Assembly: GCF_006345805.1 (NCBI RefSeq)
Contig: NC_043001.1
Location: forward strand, 99,882,001 to 99,946,000
Origin: Octopus sinensis
Taxonomy: Eukaryota
DNA: 64,000 nucleotides
Direction: 5' to 3'
The notes beneath the pieces are model-generated. The model ran no database searches. It was not told where the DNA came from and was given only the letters and a program-made list of their open reading frames with translations. Both the position numbers and the translations under genes were made by a program. This document shows positions 37,645-51,684 of the stretch, in pieces; positions within the stretch are counted from its first letter, which is position 1, and each line of letters starts with the position of its first letter.

Positions 37645-37742
37645 CCATTGCTCAAACGATGAGGGCTTCTGGGAAACGGCAGCCAGGCTTGCCACAGCTA
37701 TGTTATATCTCACTGACACAAAGGTTCATAAAATATTCAGAG
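37645..37742 (+). CDS. Best candidate coding exon (HCSNDEGFWETAARLATAMLYLTDTKVHKIFR)
   Basis: The acceptor is TTTTTCTCATCACATTTAG and the donor AG|GTAATA. The 98 nt are visibly more GC-rich than the flanks. Two frames are open, so the frame is not certain. Confidence 0.5.
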
Positions 37743-39859
37743 GTAATATTTTTAGAATCTTTCTCTCTCTCTCTCTCTCAGCAATTCTTTTTTAGCAGTT
37801 TTTAGCTAGGCATTAGGCATTCTGAGAAAGGATTCTATTAAAGCTATCAAGGCTGGTTGAAAAAATTGGTGTCATTGGAGTGAGTATATTTGATTTAAGC
37901 CATAACACTGATTCCATATTTGAGAAGAGAAATAGAAATACTCTTGGTTTAAGGGACAGATAATTGTATAAGGATGTAGCTTTAGAAATGCCAGACACCT
38001 CAGCTCGGTAGGAGAGTGTTAAAGAATATTACTTGTCAAAGAATCATAATGTAATTTCTTTAGCATGGAAGACATTTGCTATGGTCTGACATTAGTCATG
38101 TTTCTTGGAAATCAGTTTAAATATGCTTTAAAGAAATCTTGATTCATAAAAGACAGCAAATAAATTATTGAAGAAGCCACAAGGTAAATGTCAACCTTAA
38201 CCTAAGATATTCACATCAAAATAACTGATTTTGTAAAGTCCAGCAGTAATTGTTTAATTTGGTTGTCACTGGTCACCATCATTTCACTGCAAGAACCATG
38301 GAGTTTAGAAACACCTAATTCAATTTCTCCTGTCATTGTTCTTTGTAATTAAATGCTATTTTGATTATGTTGCTATAAAACAGATCCCTTAATTTTGTTC
38401 TCTCTTTAAGAAGCTTGTCTTGGAAAGAGTTTGCTGTGAATATGTTGTCTAAAATACAGTCCTACATTTTATAACTACTTTAAAATTATTTCTCACTAAA
38501 ATATAAAATCTACAAATCACAGTCACTGTAAGAAATTGAACTTCGAGTTTGAACATGAACGTGTTTATCTTATATATTGTAGCATGAACTCAAAATCAAA
38601 AGCTCAAACAGGATTGAGGACTTGTTCTTTAAAATTTTCTCCTTCAACCATGTTAAGAAATTGAAAAATTTCCATGCAATTTAGAGTGATTAGGTTTTTC
38701 TAAACCAGAAAACCAAATTTTAATTTTTCAGTTTGTATCAGAAAATTAAAGAATGCAATCAGTCATAATTTGGGTGATATGGCAAGTTATATAAGTAAAA
38801 ATTATGAGAATTAAGATGATACACTTATATATATATATAAAGTGCTCCATGTGGGAAACAAAAGACTAATGGGATTAATATCAAAAGAAATAGGGATGAC
38901 TATAAAGGTAAAAGCATATAGGGAGGACGTAGTTTACATGGAGGGGCAAGTATAAACCTGCAAACTCTACAGACATATAATTCATGTTGAAATTTGCAAA
39001 ACAATAGAATCATGGTCACAGGTTTCCATTTGGACAATCACTCGTTTCTGCACTTTGGATGGTGGGAGATACAAAGCTGCATCATTGATTTTTTCAGATT
39101 CTTGATATTTCTATCCTTTAATTGTTTAACATAAGACAAAATTACATTCAGGCATGTTCCAAGTGAAAACGAATGTTTAACTATAATGGATCATCAGGGA
39201 ACAATTTAGAGTGGACTGAAGTCCAGAGTTTGTTTGATGGTGAGGTATTTTATAAGATTTTCAGAGGAAAACTGAAAGAAAGCAATTGACAGAGAAAAAT
39301 AAAAAGGGACAAAAAGAAACAAGAAAAAGGGAGAACTCTAAACTTCATTGTAGCAGTCGTACATCGAGTTGTATAAACAAAATACACTACACACACACAC
39401 ACATGTATGAATGTGGACACAGCACTCTCCAATATACAAACATGCTTCTCGTAACCTGCACTTGCATACACATAAAAAAAACATACACACTCCATGAATA
39501 CATGTATATCACCCACCCACACACACATATATATATACAAGATGTCAATTTTTGCAATCTCCTGCCATCGGAAAACCACTTTCTCTATTTCTCTCCAACT
39601 TCTGGTCAGTTATTTTTCTGCTATCCAACAACACATATTTTTCTCAGACAATCTGCTTCTTCCTCCTTTTCCTCCTCTCTGGACCTTATCCTTTTTCTGA
39701 TGAAGAACCATGCTCAAAATGTCATTTCCAATTCTATTTTTCCATCAAAACTCTCCATCTATTATATTCACTGTGTATGTCAAATTGACATTTGTTGTTT
39801 TTAAGCTGTTCTTTTCTTATTCTTGATTCCCCCACCCCACACACATTTATACATATATA

Positions 39860-40620
39860 TAAATAGATATGCCATGCTGGCACTGCATAAAAGCATCCTG
39901 TAGACTCTGTAAAGTGGTTGGCTTCATGAAAGGCATCCAACCACAGAAACCATACCAGAATAGACATTGCCAGCTGGCCAGCTTCTGTCAAACCGTCCAA
40001 CCCATACCAGCACGGAAAATGGACATTAAATGATGATGAGGATATATAATTGTGGAGGAAATCTGTGGAAAGAGTAGACTCTGGAACGAAGTAGTGAGAA
40101 ATGGTCTCCAGGTGTTAAACATCAAAGAGGAGATGCCAAGGAGCCAAGAATTCTGGCAATTTGCAGTGCTTGAGAAGACATGTCAAGCTAAGTTAGAGTC
40201 ATGACCATCCATACATAAAGGAATGTCCTTGATGGTCATGTTCCCTTCCCTCACACACTTATAATCTGTTCTCTGTCAGAACTTCCCTGCAATCCATCTT
40301 CCCAAAACCCCAACAACATGCTGTAGGCCCCTCTTCTCCACTCTCCCTAGTGAATCCCACCTATTGCAGGTGTGCTTCTCTCCAACACCATCTATTTCTC
40401 CTCTCTTACTCTGACTATCTTTCTCTCTCTAACTCTCCCCCACTTTCCTTATCCTACTTGGATAGCCAAATGTCTCCTCCCTCCCTCTATTATACTCCAG
40501 CCTCCTCCTACCTTGTACACAGTCATTTCCATCGGTCCCACTCCTTCTGTCAGTTAGGAGGTCTTTGTCTTGCAAGCTACTTGGTGACCCCTCTAGTGCT
40601 GGTGCCATGTGAAAAGCCCC
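39860..40620 (+). mobile_element. RTE tail copy followed by a second RTE 3' end and its CT-rich UTR
   Basis: A tail runs to AAATGATGATGAG at ~40030-40040. It is followed by …WNEVVRNGLQVL…EEMPRSQEFWQFAVLEKT* and UTR homology to 20560-21400. Confidence 0.75.
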
Positions 40621-40649
40621 TGTACAGATGTCACATAAAAATTTCATTT

Positions 40650-41060
40650 ACCATTAGTTACAGTATGGTGCAGCTTGTCATCAAAAGAAGAGGACCGTTC
40701 TTTTCCAACAGTACTACGATCTCTCTCATTTACTTGAACTTGCTGCGACCCAGTCATGCTACGCACATTCAATAGGATTTTGAAAAAGTGGAGTTTATTT
40801 CCAACAAGATAGTGAACCCCCCCCCCCAACCATGGCAGTGTAAGGGCCTGTCTTGATAAGGTTTTGCCAAACAGGTGGATTGGGACAAAGAAGTTCAGTG
40901 GAATATCCTCTGTGTTCATTGGAAACCACATCAGAAGACATTTTTTATGCGGATACCTAAATGGTAAAGTTAATGGTACAAAACCAGCAACAGTCAATGA
41001 ATTGAGGACAGCTCTAGAATGAGAATGCTCACAGATGTTGAAAGAATGAAGAGAATGCAC
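40650..41060 (+). mobile_element. Tc1/mariner-superfamily transposase C-terminal remnant
   Basis: It reads VWCSLSS..GPFF…IYLNLL…FQQDSEPP…VRACLDKVLPNRWIG…FLCGYLNGKV.GTKPATVNELRTALE.ECSQ (compare FQQDGAPPH…RWIGR…WGYLK.KV…KP.T..EL). Confidence 0.8.
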
Positions 41061-41723
41061 ACAGATTCTGATGTTTACAATTCCACTGCTCTAGGTTATC
41101 TTTTCAAATGTAGACATTTAAGTAATTACACAGGCAATATCAGTTATGTTATTTCAAACTCTGACAGAATGTCCATAGGAGGTTACTGCTCATACTGTGA
41201 CATCATTTTATGGCTATGTCAATCTAGAATGCAATTCCCAGTTGTGTCAAAGAGAAAATTCCGAATAAAGCAAAGTTCAGTAAAATATATAAATCAAGAC
41301 AAGTGGAATTTAAATATTACAAAAGCAAGATTCAATCTCAAACAATTTTTAATGAAATATCATTTGTTACCTAGAAAGGACCATTTGTTGTAAATGGTAA
41401 AATATAGATAAATTGAATTTTTGACAAAAACTAGAGAAATAAGAAATAGAATTCTAATTACACCATCAAAAGTAAATGTTCAGTATTATTCTAAGCAAGA
41501 ATGCTCTGACAACACTTATAGTAACTCACTTGATATAAAGCATGTCTGGGCTTGGATTCTTGAACAAAGTAAACCAATAATCAATAACTGACAAAAGAAT
41601 TCCAGAGAAAGAACTTTTACACATGTTTCTATTCCCGTTAATCTTTAAAATATTCTATGAGATATACCTGCAATTAGTTCATATTTAACATGACAATCAA
41701 ACCGATGTGTGATTGTAATCATA

Positions 41724-41767
<44 letters not shown>

Positions 41768-42741
41768 AGCATATCAGTATGCTTAAGTGTTTGTCCATAA
41801 GTGTATGAAATGTCTAGCGTCTTCTATTCTGGCACCTTTTTAATAAGCTTGGAGAGCTGTGTATTCTCATATGTTTCGATGATTTCGGTGCCACTGTCAG
41901 ACTAATCTCATTTGGATACTGTGTTCCAATATTTTACCTGATCTACAACCAAACTGTGTCAAGAATTTTGTCAGTCAATTATACTCACAGCTTACTAAAC
42001 ACCTAACGTTAAACAATGTATCTATCATCACAATCACAAACATCTATCATTTACAACTAGCACACACAAAAAAACCCCACTTTATCAACTTTTTAAAGAA
42101 CGTATTTTTAATGAATCATACGGCAAATGTGCTTCGTTTGATTTCGAAAATAATCAAGAATCTAATTTAAGTTAGTAAAATAATTAACTTTTACGTTTAT
42201 TTCCAAATAAAGCTGATGCTTGGAACAACTCAAGAAATAGTTCTGGTATAAAATTTCTAAAATGTTGTTAAAAGAATCAAAGAAGGTCTGAGTAGGATTG
42301 GTATCTAAAGAATTGAGCAAATTGTAGCAACAACGAATCTTTTTATAATTAGTTGTTCTTTCAAGCATTAATGTGAAATGCTTGAAATTGGAGAAACGTA
42401 GTAGTAGTAGTAGTAGTAGGAGGAGGAGGAGGAGTAAGCAGTAGTAGTAAGTAACAACAGCAGCAGTATTCTTATAGAGTATATAAAATATTTGAAGGAA
42501 GCGATATCCGCAGATGGTTGTCCTTTAAATAAATGTCCTTAGATATTGGCTTCAATCATTTCGTGCAAAGTGCATTACTGAGAAACTTACACACACATGA
42601 ACTTATATACTTATATATATATATAAAATATTATTATTAAGTATGAAAACAGAGAGATCTAATGGATACAAATTAATTATGAAACCAGTGTATCTTGGGT
42701 AAAAATATTCCGTAAAGAAGTTTAGGTATCCTCATAGTGAC

Positions 42742-42836
<95 letters not shown>

Positions 42837-43217
42837 GAGGTGCAATGGCCCAGTGGTTAGGGCAGCGGACTCGCAGTCATAGGATTGCGGTTTTGATTCC
42901 CAGACCGGGCGTTGTGAGTGTTTATTGAGCGAAAACACCTAAAGCTCCACGAGGCTCCGGCAGGGGATGGTGGTGATCCTTGCTGTACTCTTTCACCACA
43001 ACTTTCTCTCACTCTTACTTCTTGTTTCTGTTGTACCTGTATTTCAAAGGGCCGGCCTTGTCACTCTCTGTGTCATGCTGAATATCCCCGAGAACTACGT
43101 TAAGGGTACACATGTCTGTGGAGTGCTCAGCCACTTACACGTTAATTTCACGAGCAGGCTGTTCTGTTGATTCGGATCAACTGGAACCATCGTTGTCGTA
43201 ACCGACGGAGTGCTTCC
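42837..43217 (+). mobile_element. Near full-length tRNA-derived SINE (tRNA-Arg-like head)
   Basis: The A box is TGGCCCAGTGGTT (42846) and the B box GGTTTTGATTCC (42889). An anticodon-arm-like GGACTCGCAGTC is followed by ~310 nt of tRNA-unrelated body, and the element is embedded in (AT)n/(GT)n. Confidence 0.88.
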
Positions 43218-43754
43218 ACCATATATATATGTGTGTGTGTGTGTGTGGTGTAAAAGAGGAGCTCAATTAAATCAGATTAAAGCAAATTAACCCCAAAACA
43301 CCTCTGTGTGTTTTGGCATCTCATGTAATTTAACCATGCATATCAGTGGTCAGTACAGTGTTGAAACAGCAGTTTACTGCTATCAAGTATCTTGTAAGTC
43401 CTAGTTTGTATCAACTGCTTTAGACATGGTGTAATTTATATTGATAAGCATAAAACAAATGGGTATTTCAGGGTATTTCTAGACATGTTTCTGAAGTGAT
43501 TTTATTTAGAACACAAGTACATTATGCAACTTGGCATGTAACATTACCTAAGTTTATGTTTTTCTAAAGCATCACTTCTTCAGGTAATCTGCCTTCAACA
43601 TTTAGTGACAGATTTAAACATGGACTTGGGTAACGTCACAGGATGGTATAATGTACTTTTGTGTTTTGAATAAATATGCCAAAGGAATAAGTGTAGCGAT
43701 ACCCTGAAATAGTTGTTTTATTCATATTATTCCACACACACACACACACACATA

Positions 43755-44193
43755 TAGTAATGGCTGATGCCGGTGTCCCGTAACTGGCGCCCATGCCGGT
43801 GGCACATAGGAAACAACTTTTTGAGCATTGGGCATCACAAAGGCAAAGTGGCTGATCCTGGTGGCACATGGAAAGCTGCTTTTGAGTGTCGGTTTTCACA
43901 GAGGCAATGACTGAGACCTTTGGCATTATGTCGTGCTTGAGAAGAAGACCCATCAAGCCGAGCAAAACTGCAGTCGTGGCAGATACCGGTGTCACACAAT
44001 GGGCACCCATGCCAGTGGCATGTAAAAGTGCCCATTACACATTTGGAATGGTTGGCATTAGGAAGGGCATCCAGTTATAGAAACTATGTCAAATGAGTGC
44101 AGTTTTCCAGCTTGCCAGCCCTAGTCAAACCGTCCAACCCATGCCAGCATGGACAATAGACACTAAATGATGATGATGATGATGATGATGATA

Positions 44194-44195
<2 letters not shown>
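43755..44195 (+). mobile_element. RTE-tail/SINE-like repeat with internal array
   Basis: GCCAGTGGCATGTAAAAGTGCCCATTACAC…GGTTGGCATTAGGAAGGGCATCCAG…AAACCGTCCAACCCATGCCAGCATGG…AAATGATGATGATG. A further short tail copy lies at ~44485-44605. Confidence 0.85.
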
Positions 44196-44239
<44 letters not shown>

Positions 44240-46700
44240 CTATCTATATCTATCTACATGCATGTACATACATACATACATAATACATACATACATACAT
44301 ACATACACACATACATGCACACACACACATAGATACATACATGAATAAGCAGTATATCTGACACTGACTGAAAATGAAGCACGCAATTCGCATCATGGCA
44401 AATTTGCATAAAATCATTTTTTCAGAGATTCATTTTTTTCTCTATTTTTTAAAACTTTACTTGTACTTCAATAACTCACCATGTATTGAAACCATGCCAA
44501 ATCAGACTGCAGTCAGGTGCAGCCTTCCAGCTTGACAGCCGTGGTCAAACCGTTTAACCCATGCCAACATGGACAACACACGTTAAATGATGTTGATGAT
44601 GACGACTACATAGGTAAGCTGGGCAATAAGGAGCCTATCTCCATATCTTGTTCACTTTTCATTCATTTAGGGACATTTTCTTTTATTTCTATCCTTTAAA
44701 CATTGAATATTATGATTGTTGTTAAATTTTTTTCCTGTCCATGTAATCCTCAAGCAACATCTAAAATCTTAACCTCAAACTCTAACCCTAAAACACTTGC
44801 CCTAATTGCAAATCGAGTTTATTCTTTTGTGATTAGTGTTTAACACATCTAATGATAATAAATAAATAAATAAATAAACACAAAATACATAACAATTTCT
44901 GAAAATACCAAAAATGGAAGTATTTCTGCTAGCTGTGAACTCCAATTTAAGTGCTTGCAATAATTTGCAAGAAAATGTTATTATTAAGAGTTGCTTATTT
45001 TTCCCCAGAATTATAAAAACATTTTTTCACAAATAGAAGAAAACAGCAGTATTATTAAGGTGTGGTGTTCAAATTACATATCTCTGCCAATATATCTGAT
45101 AATTTAATTTATATTTATATTTGAAATATAATTTAATGCTAGCATACCCATGTTGTCAAAAATGTCAACAGTTTTATTAATGATAGAAAATGGCATATCA
45201 AAAGATAAATGTCAGCAATTGAGTGAATATAAGTACATACATAGAACTAAAGCACTTGAACAACCATATGCAGTTGTAGAGTCTTGATTGAAAATACAAT
45301 TGTCCACATATGATGTTATTTATTCTTGTAAACACAGATACTACTCAACTTTCACACACTTCGCTAAATCTATATAATACTATAAAAAGTTTCCATACCC
45401 AAAAAACCTTAATCTAAAACAAAGCCAGCCTTACAACCCACTACTTGATAAATACTAATCCCCACCATCCAATACATACACCTCAAATTTCTTCCAAGTC
45501 TTCAAGTCAACCACTTTCCCACTTGACTCTTAGCTGCCTCACCCTCCCCAACCTCAAACAGTACTTAACAACCCCCCCACTCCTTTGAAAACTAACCAAC
45601 CTACCTTTACCCCCTCCCTACCTACACATCTCTATTCAGTTTCATATTCTTCCTTTTAACACCCCCCACTCCAATACCAACACAATTCCTTTGTTCCACT
45701 AACAACTACTTTTGGCCACCACCCTCTCACCTCCACCAGTCAACTCATTTCCCCCAATTAATAACAAGCTCTTTTCTCTATCTCAACCTTTCACTCTGTA
45801 GCCTTCATACAAACTATCACAGAGATCATTATTCACACACTACCTAAACCACTTTTCTCCCTTCCTCCCACCTTCTATCTCTACTATTATCACTAGTCTC
45901 ATTATTAACCCTTACCCTGAAATCTATTTTCTCCTCCCAACACTCTCTATCTAAACACCTCCAACTCCCCTTCCTAGCACAATTCTCCACAAAATCATTC
46001 CATCTTTAAACTCTGTCCTCTCAACACCTCAAATGTAAAACTCTCCCCTGAAGAAGAAGGTGATGTCATCCAATAATGGATCTAAGTAATTATCATTATT
46101 CCAGACCACCAAGCCCCCACAAATAGCTGTTGGACTCGTGAAACTCTATCCATTTAACACCTGATATCATTTATATTCTCTAAGTCAGACTATTTTGATA
46201 CCCATACACATTTTTTAAATATTAAATGGATTTAATATTCTGTGTAAATTGACTTTGCCTAACTTGTTCGTCATTGCATTTACTCCTCTACCTGTTCAAG
46301 ACCAATCTCTTGAGCACCTTGAAATGCATTCTATATAGAGAACACCTGTCTCTAACCTATAAATTATATATATACAATCCAGTCATCATTTTGTCTATCT
46401 TTAACCCATGACCCTGATGTTAGAAGGGAACTGTTATTGGGTGTATAAGTTGAAACAATTTGTTGGTCTTTTATGGGTTTTTTAAAAATAAATGCTTAAG
46501 TTACATAATATTACATTATATTATATTCATAATATATCATATAATATTATAATATAAATAAATTATTGGATTGTCAATAATATCTCTCTAATTTATCTTT
46601 GTAACTGCATTATACCAATATTTATGTGGTCTTCAACTGACATACCAGTGAATTGGATGTTTTACACACCCCTTTGAAGGATTTCTTTTCCTCAGTTTGT

Positions 46701-46731
<31 letters not shown>

Positions 46732-47569
46732 GATAGATAGATAGATACACACACACACACGTCCACTTTTCCATCAGACTGATTTTGTATGGCTGGATGC
46801 CTTTCCTTTCACTAAGTCACACCTGTTTCCAAGTAAGGTAATATTTCACTATTTCTAGATATGTTTCATGAAAGACTGGAAACAAAGGACAACACTTGTT
46901 TGTAACTAATGCATAATGTCAAGACAAGGAGATAATAAAACATACACAGACACACACACACACACACACAAGCTACCACACACATATACATAATACATAT
47001 ATATATGTATGTACATACGTATGTGAATGTGTGTAGAGCTATAATGGCTAAATGACATGCATTGAAGTATTAGAAGTAAGGGTGTAACTAGGGATTATAT
47101 AATTAGGGGGAGAATCTAGGTAAGAAGCATACACAGCTCAAGGTGGGGTAGAAAGCCAAAGGTCTGCCAGTGATCAGCAATGAATGGATGAGAGGTGTGA
47201 GGTGGTTTGGATTGTTGGGTTGTATAGCAGAGTAAACCAAGTCATAGTTGAGGAATAGCATCTTTAAAATGACAGCAGCATAACTTCATTGACAGTGAGA
47301 AGAATGAGGTTCGAAACGTCATTGTGAGAGGCTGCTGAATGTGGAAAATGTGTGGGAAGAAGAGGAACGATACGACACACATTTGAAAATATCTGGTAAA
47401 ATAAGGCTTTTGTTACGAGAGAAATATGGCTGTTTTTGATAAGCAGAAAATGGGTGTTAGGTAGAAACTCCTTGTGGTATACACAATGTTTAGTATGGGT
47501 GCACAAGAAGTGTACAGAGAACACTGTCAGGGTGCTAGTGAGTAAAAGACTTTGTAGGTGGCAGATATA

Positions 47570-48110
47570 CAGGAGTATTTAGATATATCATCATCATCAT
47601 CATCCTCATCATCATCCTCCTCATCATCATTTAACGTTTGTTGTCTATCCTGGCATGGGTTAGATGGTTTGACCAGAGCTGGCAAGCTTGGGAGCTACAT
47701 CAGATGCCAGTCTGGTTTTTATGGTTGGATGCCCTTCCTAACATCAACTACTTTACAGAGTGTGCTGGGTGGTTTTATGTGGCACCGCATAGGCTCTTTT
47801 ACACGATGCCACATGGGTGCTTTTATGTGGCACTGCCACAAATGCTTTCCATACCAGAGGACCAGTTTTAACACTTCTGCTGCAGTGGAGTTCAGGTCTT
47901 CTTGAGTACAGCAAAGTGTCAGGCATCTCAGTCCTTTGTCATTTCACCTGAAAGGTTCAGTGTCCAGAGGTTGTTCTTCAGCACTTTGTCCCATGTCTTC
48001 CTGGGTCGCCCATTTTCACACGTTTCATCTACTTTGAGTGACCAGAACTTCTTTATGGAGTTGTCGGCATCCATCTACATCACAAGACCAAACAGTCTTC
48101 TCTCTGCAAC
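47570..48110 (-). mobile_element. RTE LINE 3' end (ORF2 C-terminus plus tail)
   Basis: The minus frame reads IKKFWSLKVDETCENGRPRKTWDKVLKNNLWTLNL, followed by tail homology and a (GAT)n end at ~47587-47630. Confidence 0.85.
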
Positions 48111-49598
48111 TGACAGTGTTTGTCAAATAACTTCTTTTCAATGCTTACAAGGTTCCATAAAATTTGTTCCTAGTTTCTGTTGCCAAGGTAATCTAAGGAT
48201 GTTCTGTAAGTGTAGTAGCCAGATTAAGGATGCTTCTCTTAATTACAATGAAAATTAATTAAAACATAAGTAGTGTGTTAATTAGAAATATAATCATGAA
48301 AGAGTTGGGATGCTGAGAGATAAACATTTCTGTAATTGGTGCAATTTACTGCAATGAAATTCCCATATGATTTGCCATCTGTTCCTGAGAGCTGGTCTAA
48401 GTTCAATGTCGTATTCACATGGACATTTTTTTCCTTTTTTAATTTTTGGGTATATATTAGAGTTATTACTTTTACAGAAATACATAAACACCCACAAACA
48501 CAGCTATACACTCTAGCAGAGAACTTGTAATAACACAAGAGACCTAAATGTCTAATTTATATATTTCTCAAAACAAAAAGCAAATAAATTGATAATTAGC
48601 ATCAGCTGCAATAATCACAGTTTATTTGGTTTAATTTTAAATTTAAAATAATTACTTGGTATTTAGTAAAATTTTTCAATGATTTGTTTTTCTTTTACAG
48701 TTCTTCTCTTTTAACAATTTATTCTAAAGTTTTCATGCCTGCCTATCTCCCTCCCCACATAACTACCTACACTTGTAAATATAAGAAGCCAAACCTTGAA
48801 ATCACACTTTCCCCCCTAAAAATGAAGCTTTTTACTGGTCTGTTTGTTTAGAACTACATGGGGTGAGGCAGACTATGTGGTTGTTTAACCTGCTCCAAAT
48901 AACAGTGAATATCCCCTCAAATCCCTCTACAGTCTTAAATGAAAGACACCTTACACATTATGGTCCTTTCTACCTGCAACAAAGACAGAATAGTCATAGC
49001 TGTAATACTTTAAGGCTGTTTAATCAAGGCTGACCTGAGCAGCAGGAATTTGATGACTCTGGCTAGATTTCTATAATTGACTACTATGAGGGAGAGAGGA
49101 GAAAACAAAGAAGCAACATGAAATAATTAAAAAAAGCAAATATATATATTTTTATTTCCCTTGCTCTTGTCTTTCAACATTTTCGTTGATTTACATCAGT
49201 AATAAGTATAAAATTAATAATTCGATGCCAGTAAGAAGTCAGCAGTTCACAAGGAAGATAAGTTTAATTTCACTGATGACAGTTGTAAAAATTGGATATG
49301 GATTAAAAAAGAAAAAAAAAGAAACCCTTCGACAGAAAGAAAGAAAGGAATTGAATTGTGGTTGCAGCAGGGTGGGGGTGGGGAAGGAAAATTGAATTAG
49401 AAAAGGAAGGATTTGCATCATTGCCACTTGATAGGCACTTAGTGAGGGTGTGCATATGAGAGAGAGAGTGTGTGTGTGTGTGTCTGTGTGTACGTGTCAA
49501 AATAAAAATATATACTTTCTTGTCAGCCTTTGTAGTAAATATCCTTGTATTAAGTAAATGAAGGAAAGTAAAAAATTTCTGTTGTGTTCTTGTCAAGA

Positions 49599-49647
<49 letters not shown>

Positions 49648-51684
49648 TACATGGCATAACATTGCTGCTAGATGTCCGTGTAACTGTCACTCTTCAGAAA
49701 TGTCTGTTTGAATGCATATTATTCATGAATCTGAGTCCCTGTAAATGTCCATACATCAATGTCTACACAACCATGCTTGTGTACGAGTACATTTACATAG
49801 GCATGTATAAATAATTGTGTTGTGTATGAATATGTATCGGCAATTGGACTTGTGCACAGGTGAATGCAGATGCGTAGATGAATGCGTAGATTTGTTGTTT
49901 CTATACATGTGTGAATATGCAAGGGACTTTGACAGTGTGTGAATAGGAAGAATCTATGGTGTGTTTAGATAATTATTGTTAGTGAAATTTAGTGAGTATA
50001 TATACCCGATAGATATCCACATGAATCATAAACACATTTATTAAGGAGTATATTTAATGTTATTGATTTTTTATCTGGTGGTGTCAAGGAACATCATAAA
50101 CAAGCCACCATGTTTATTCATACAGCTGCATAAACAAGCAACTGCAGGCGTGATGCATGTGAGAATGATGTATGCATAACACACATTGACAAACTTGCAG
50201 TTTACGTATACACGCTCTAAACATTGACTGACAACTATGATGCTTGCTCATTTTCTTGGCTGGACTTCAAAAGCAAGTTATTCTGGATGCTGAACGTAGT
50301 TGTTGCTAAACCTCAGTTTGGCCCTGACTAAGCAAACTTAAAATCAAAAGCATGCCAACCATGACCATCATGTAGAAAGTAGCATATCTGTTCTTCGACT
50401 GAGGATGCAGTGTGAATGCTTGCATTCATATGAACCCTGCAATAAGCACTCAACAGCCAGATAGTTGCATTAAACAAGATGACAAATGATATGTCATCCA
50501 AGTACGTGCATAGTTTCCATCAACCACATTTTACTCATCAGCTCAGAGCGATCTGAATCTATCATAAAGGTTAATTTGTTGCCCAAGATGTTGTAGGATA
50601 TGAAACAAGCTTGAAATAATAAGACAATCTTTCTTAGCCACACAACCATGAATAACTGAGAATGTAAGAAAATGTAAAACAAACAATTCATGCTTGTTGC
50701 TTGAAAATATACGAAGGATTCAGAGTAAAAAATAATCAAGAGTAAAACCTGATATGATGAGACTACACCTGAAGAGTTTTCAGAGCACAGAATTGACACT
50801 TGCAAAGATGCTGTTATGTTATAATTTGCAAATAAAAGATTAGAAAATAAATATTGAACAAAGTCAAAACAGAAGTCGTAATAAGAACTCAGGTGCAAAA
50901 ATATCTCTATAAAAGGTAGCACATTGGATTTACTACTTAAAATAATAATGGAATACCAGGTGTTAACAATATATGTGTTGGTTGCATGTTTTTTTAAAGA
51001 CTATTTGTTAATTCAACTTACATTTTGATCACCCAGAATAATTTTCTGGAATTTATAGAAACAAAGATTATGGAACATGTGTTGGGGGCTCAGATTTTAC
51101 AAGCTCATCTTTTATTTCCCAGTTGTTGCAGAAGTATTGTAATATATTATAATGTAGCTATAATTAAAACTTTTAATTCTGAACTGCTACTGGGACTGTC
51201 CAACTGCAACCACTTTTTCAATAATTTAAGCTTTATGTAGCTAAGAATTTCTTCAAAAGTAATTCTTGCTATTTATATTCTTTCAGTACTTCTACATCTG
51301 TTTAAGTGCCAAACTATAACAAAAGCATATTTTCTTTACTTTTAATGGTTTATAACTTGATTATAATTTCTTGGAAGCTAGAGTTCTTCATTTCCAAACC
51401 CAGTAATATCTGCTCGTTCAAGACAAAAAAATACAATAGAAACAATAACAAGTTTATTGGTTTGATAACAATTTACCAAAGTTGTTGGAGTACATCAATA
51501 AACACAATTATTCTGAATCACCCTACCATACTACGCTTGCTTTCATTTACTTTGTCGTACTCTTATCTAAAACAACTTTACTAAAATATAAAATATGAAA
51601 AATTGGAGTTGTCTGACAACTGTCTCCTTCAATCTGGAATAACAAAGATTGGCAGGTCAGCTTACTAGATGAATAGTAATGATT

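Noticed and set aside
39022-39088. Peptide LVSALWMVGDTKLH resembling LATAMLYLTDTKVH of the 37645 exon (possible duplicated exon)
   Set aside because: An in-frame TGA follows immediately, nucleotide similarity is not evident, and a short match like this can be chance.
42837-42910. Possible tRNA-Arg gene
   Set aside because: The B box is decayed, the acceptor-stem pairing is poor, and it continues into a repeat body found elsewhere in the window, so it is a SINE head.
50494-50922. 142-aa hydrophobic minus-strand ORF
   Set aside because: It has the composition expected from T-rich sequence, and I see no recognisable motif or convincing splice context.
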